Assembly: GCA_963715985.1 (NCBI GenBank)
Contig: CAVQSP010000011.1
Span: 544,001-608,000, forward strand
Source: an uncultured Thermoleophilia bacterium
Lineage (GTDB): Bacteria; Actinomycetota; Thermoleophilia; UBA2241
Length of the DNA: 64,000 nt
Direction: 5' to 3'
How positions within the stretch are numbered: the stretch's first letter is position 1; each line of letters begins with the position of its first letter. The notes under the pieces were generated by a model. It ran no database searches. It saw only the letters and a program-made list of their open reading frames with translations, and was not told where the DNA came from. Positions 60,326 to 64,000 of the stretch are shown here, one piece after another. Both the position numbers and the translations under genes were made by a program.

Positions 60326-61042
60326 ATGGGACGTGCAGGCGAGGCTCACGGCTGGAAGTTCACGCGCAAGGCGGAGCACCACGCGGGCACGCTGACCGCC
60401 GGCTGCATCGCCGGGATGATCTTCGCCGTCCTGTTCGGCATCTGTGCGATCCTCAACCGCACCAGCGTGGGCAGTACCTCGGACAGCAGCGGCGCCTGGC
60501 TGGCCGAGGGCCGGGGGCAGGTGGAGGTCGCCCTCGCACTGCTCCCCTTCGCGGGGATCTTCTTCCTCTGGTTCATCGCCGTGTCCCGGCAGCGCCTCGG
60601 GCGCTACGAGGACCGCTTCATCTCGACGCTCGTCCTCGGCAGCGGGCTGCTGTTCCTCGGGATGGTCTTCGTCGCCGCCGCCCTCGGCGCGGCGATCCTC
60701 GCCAACTACTCGAAGTCGGCCGCCTTTGCCGGCAGCCAGACGTACGTGTACGTCCAGCTCGCGTACTCGCAGCTCTTCGGCGTGTACGCGCTGCGCATGG
60801 CGGCGGTGTTCCTCGTCTGCCAGGCGACGGCGTGGCTGCGGCACGGGCTCATGCCGAAGTGGCTGGCGCTGCCGACCTACGTCGTCGCCCTGGTCCTGCT
60901 GTTCGTCGTGGGCGTGGAGGCGTGGGCCATCCTGATCTTCCCCGTCTGGGTCTTCCTCGTGAGCGCGTATCTGCTCGCGGTCACCGGCCGTGGCGGGGTC
61001 GACGAGGCGGGGGGCACGGAGGCCGTGGGTCCCGACGCCTGA
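60326..61042 (+). CDS. Conserved hypothetical membrane protein (about 6 TM)
   Basis: AGMIFAVLF, LLPFAGIFFLWFI, RLGRYEDRF, GSGLLF, YALRMAAVF, FPVWVFLVS. Confidence 0.8.
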   Translation: MGRAGEAHGWKFTRKAEHHAGTLTAGCIAGMIFAVLFGICAILNRTSVGSTSDSSGAWLAEGRGQVEVALALLPFAGIFFLWFIAVSRQRLGRYEDRFISTLVLGSGLLFLGMVFVAAALGAAILANYSKSAAFAGSQTYVYVQLAYSQLFGVYALRMAAVFLVCQATAWLRHGLMPKWLALPTYVVALVLLFVVGVEAWAILIFPVWVFLVSAYLLAVTGRGGVDEAGGTEAVGPDA

Positions 61043-61142
61043 CAGTCCCGCGCGGTCTCAGCCGGCGGGCTGTGTGATGGGCGCGGCGCCCGTCGGCGCT
61101 GCCTCAGGCCAAACAAGGGATCACGACAAGGAGGTAACCCCA

Positions 61143-62256
61143 ATGACCACCGAACCGGCCCGCCAGGCCGACAGGCCCGAGGACTACGCGCACTGGAATC
61201 TCGAGAGACGCCATCATCAACCGTGGGAGGACGGCATACGCATCGACACCGGCGCGCCCAACCTGGAATGGTGGTACATGCGACGCGGATTTGGACAACG
61301 GCACGGGGCTCGCGATGATCTTCGCCACGAAGGATGGCAGCCGGCTTCACCAGCCTTTCCAGCCGCAACTCGAAGATCGACCTGACCCAGCCCGACGGCA
61401 CGAGACTGGTAAGGTCCTGGTACGCCAAGCCCGAAGAGTTCAGCGCATCCAAGGACGGCTGCGACGTCCGGATGGGAGACTATCGCTTCACCGGCGACCT
61501 GCACGAGTACAGGATCACGGCCGGGGCCGATGAGCTCTCGGCCGACATCCGGCTCGAAGGGATCACGGAGTCATGGCGTCCGGAGAGCGGCATTCTGCTC
61601 TTCGGGCCCAATGACGAGCACTTCTTCGGCTGGACGCCGTTCGTGCCCTTCGGCAAGGTGAGGGCCACCTACAGGATCGGCGACGAAGTCCATGAGGCCA
61701 CGGGCCGGGGCTATCACGATCACAACTGGACGAACACCGATCATCGGGCACCTCATCGACCACTGGTGGTGGGCGCGAGGGGAGGTCGGTCCGTACACGT
61801 TCCTCGCGGCGCACATCGTGGCCACGGAGAAGTACGGCTACAAGCCGTTCCACTGGTACATGCTGGCCCGCGACGGCAAGGTGATCGCGGACGACGGGTC
61901 CAAGATGACCTTCACGACGCACGGAGCAGAGATCAACGAGAAGACCGGGAAGCCCGAGCCGGATTCGATCTGCTTCGACTATCAGGACGGAGACACGCGC
62001 TACGAGCTGACCCTCACGCGCCAGAAGACGCTCGTAGCCTACACGTGGGTCGATTTCGCCAAGGGATGGCGAGAAGGAGATGATCAAGCTCATCCGCTAC
62101 CCAGGTGGCTACATGCGTTTCTCGGCGGCCACGAGCTTGAACTGTTACCGGGAAGGCAAGCTCGTCGAGCATCACGAGAAGACGGGGGCGTTCGAGCAGA
62201 TCTTCTACAAGCGTGAGATCCACGAGGAATCGCTGGAGCACGACGCGGCCCGCTAG
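61143..62256 (+). CDS. CrtC/AttH-like lipocalin-fold protein, copy 2 (about 4 frameshifts)
   Basis: AAGGAGG RBS; RPEDY, WEDGIR, LEWWY, GDLHEY, GRGYHDHNW, IDHWWWARG, WYMLARDGKVIADDG, RYPGGYMRF, colinear with copy 1. Confidence 0.75.
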
Positions 62257-62359
62257 CGTTCCCGAGTACCGCCGGCGCGTGGCCGAACACGTATCCATCA
62301 CGCGCCGACGGGAGCCACGACGGCATGGACGGTCCGGAACCGCACCACGCCCTACCGGG

Positions 62360-62381
62360 GGCATGTTGGCGGCATGTCGGC
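62360..62381. repeat. 11-bp tandem direct repeat, possible integrase arm-type sites
   Basis: GGCATGTTGGC GGCATGTCGGC, about 80 bp from the tRNA fragment. Confidence 0.5.
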
Positions 62382-62460
62382 AGAATGCCAGCCCTTCTGC
62401 CGATTCGGAAGCGATGCTGCCGAACGCCCCAGCACGAAAGCGCCCTGTGCAGCACAGAAG

Positions 62461-62507
62461 TGGTGCCCCCGGGCTGGATCGAACAGCCGACACCAGGTTT
62501 GGGAGAC
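62461..62507 (-). mobile_element. 3' fragment of a tRNA (Arg-CCT-like), probable att-site scar of an integrative element
   Basis: Minus strand GTCTCCCAAACCTGGTGTC-GGCTG-TTCGATC-CAGCC-CGGGGGC-A-CCA: perfect T-arm, acceptor 3' strand and CCA, degenerate anticodon arm, no 5' half. Confidence 0.7.
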
Positions 62508-62943
62508 GTGTCGTGCCGCTGGAAACGGCCCCATGCAGCCGCTCCAATGAGCAAGCCGACGCACCGCCGACCAGAGACCTCCGCCTGCCGCCGCGACGCT
62601 CCCGCCCGGCTTGGACCAACGAGCACGGTCCGGCCGCGTACCATCGCCGCTTGGCCTTCACGTCACCAGACAGCTCGCAGTCACCACTGCCAGACGGCTT
62701 TGGCACCATGCAGACGTCAACGCCGCTCCGTGACCGTGAGCTCATCAGCTCCTGACAGACGCCTGGGAGCCTAGGCCGGCAGATGTGGCGTGCACAGCGG
62801 CGTTGGTCGCAATCCGGCGTCGCGTTGCCGGGAGGCTGGCCGTCGAGCCATCCCGACCAGCGGCAACGACGGCGGCGCTTGATACCAGCTTGCCGGGCGC
62901 CATCTGACGAGGGCTTCGCCCCCGGTCCGCCCACCAATCATCG

Positions 62944-63870
62944 ATGCCGAGGTGCGGCATGCACTACGCGGGTGACATCGACGCGCACAACTACGGCCTC
63001 ACGCTCGAGGATCTCATGCTCGAGTCACGGCCCGAGGGCGCCGGCAAGAGGAGTCACCTCCCCGGCGACTACCACGTCCATACCACCTTCTCGGACGGCA
63101 GCGGCAGCGTGGCCGAATGCATCGAGCAGGCGATCGCCGAGGGGCTGCCCGAGATCGGCATCTCCGACCACGTCTCACCGGCGCAGCCGTCGCCGTGGGC
63201 GATGCCCACGATCCCATTTGCGCGGCTCGAGGACTACGTCGCCAAAGTGCGAGATGCCGCAAGCCGCTACGACGAGATCACCGTGCTTCTCGGCGTCGAG
63301 GCCGACCACGCGCCGGAACACGAGGCACAGCTACAGGCGCTGCTCGACGCTTGGCCGTTCGACTACGTCGTCGGCGGCGTGCACGCGGTCGAGGGCTTCG
63401 ACTTCGACGACCCCGACCGAAGGCAAGATCCCCGCTGGTCGGACGCGGATGCACTCCATGGCGCCTACTACCAGGCGGTGCGCCGGGCTGCGGAGTTCGG
63501 GGGCTTCGACGTCATCGCACATCTCGACTACATCGGCTTGTGGGGACACGCGCCCGGTCCCGCCGTGGGCGACGTCATCAGCTCGGCCTTGGACGCGATC
63601 GCCGCCTCGGGCGCCGCCATCGAGCTCAACACAGACAAGTTCAGTGACCCGGCCGGCGTCATGTATCCATCGGACGAGCTGCTCCGTGCCGCGAACCGGC
63701 GGCGAATCCCGCTCGTCATCAGCTCGGACGCGCACGCCGCGGTGCAGGTCGGCCGACTGTGGAACGAGGCCCAGGAGCGCGCCGTCAGAGCTGGATTCCG
63801 CGGGACTCTTCGCCTCTCGGACCGCACGCTCGTGCAACTGCCCCAAGGGCCGCGGCGGGTGACCGGATGA
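62944..63870 (+). CDS. PHP-domain histidinol-phosphatase (HisJ-like); start uncertain
   Basis: DYHVHTTFSDG, IGISDH, LGVEAD, DYVVGGVH, DVIAHLD, IELNT, ISSDAH. Confidence 0.85.
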   Translation: MPRCGMHYAGDIDAHNYGLTLEDLMLESRPEGAGKRSHLPGDYHVHTTFSDGSGSVAECIEQAIAEGLPEIGISDHVSPAQPSPWAMPTIPFARLEDYVAKVRDAASRYDEITVLLGVEADHAPEHEAQLQALLDAWPFDYVVGGVHAVEGFDFDDPDRRQDPRWSDADALHGAYYQAVRRAAEFGGFDVIAHLDYIGLWGHAPGPAVGDVISSALDAIAASGAAIELNTDKFSDPAGVMYPSDELLRAANRRRIPLVISSDAHAAVQVGRLWNEAQERAVRAGFRGTLRLSDRTLVQLPQGPRRVTG

Positions 63871-64000
63871 GACAGGGGGTCGACGCTGCCTCGAGCGCGC
63901 AGGGCCCGGACATGGGATGTGCGCACGCCGGGTACCCTACAGCAACGGCGTCAGGGAAGGGACGGAGTCGATGTTGCACGACGCAGCGCATACCTGGCGA

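Noticed and set aside
62461-62536. Complete tRNA gene
   Set aside because: The 5' end (GCATGGG) cannot pair with the acceptor 3' strand and there is no D-arm; kept only as a fragment.

Overview
High-GC bacterial DNA, densely coding, resembling an Actinomycetota (Thermoleophilia-like) genome; the taxonomy is inference from GC, codon style and gene content. About 57 protein genes or fragments are present. I saw no rRNA, complete tRNA, CRISPR array, integrase or transposase. About 20 otherwise full-length genes carry 1-4 single-base frameshifts, most simply explained by uncorrected long-read or metagenome assembly errors. Main content, left to right: (i) a divergent GcvPA/GcvPB operon with an ATP-NAD kinase (AcoX-like) gene and an APC permease, no upstream gcvT/gcvH, facing a PAS-LuxR regulator and a fructose-6-phosphate aldolase gene, with a chimeric duplication of the regulator tail and aldolase; (ii) an MMPL transporter with a long heptad-repeat insert plus a TetR; (iii) a structured intergenic RNA candidate with three C-rich loops; (iv) a MacB-type ABC exporter with two adaptors; (v) tdh-kbl, a class II DAHP synthase and a PLP decarboxylase-MttB-family methyltransferase-tautomerase operon; (vi) aqpZ, a Tat-type MBL hydrolase, redox genes and two GGDEF proteins; (vii) a TetR/SulP/HAD/arylsulfatase/tandem CrtC-like lipocalin cluster, followed by a tRNA-Arg-like 3' fragment with tandem repeats that looks like an att-site scar. 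The best candidates for undescribed biology are the GcvP-like operon, the decarboxylase-MttB operon, the C-rich-loop RNA and the sulfatase-lipocalin cluster.
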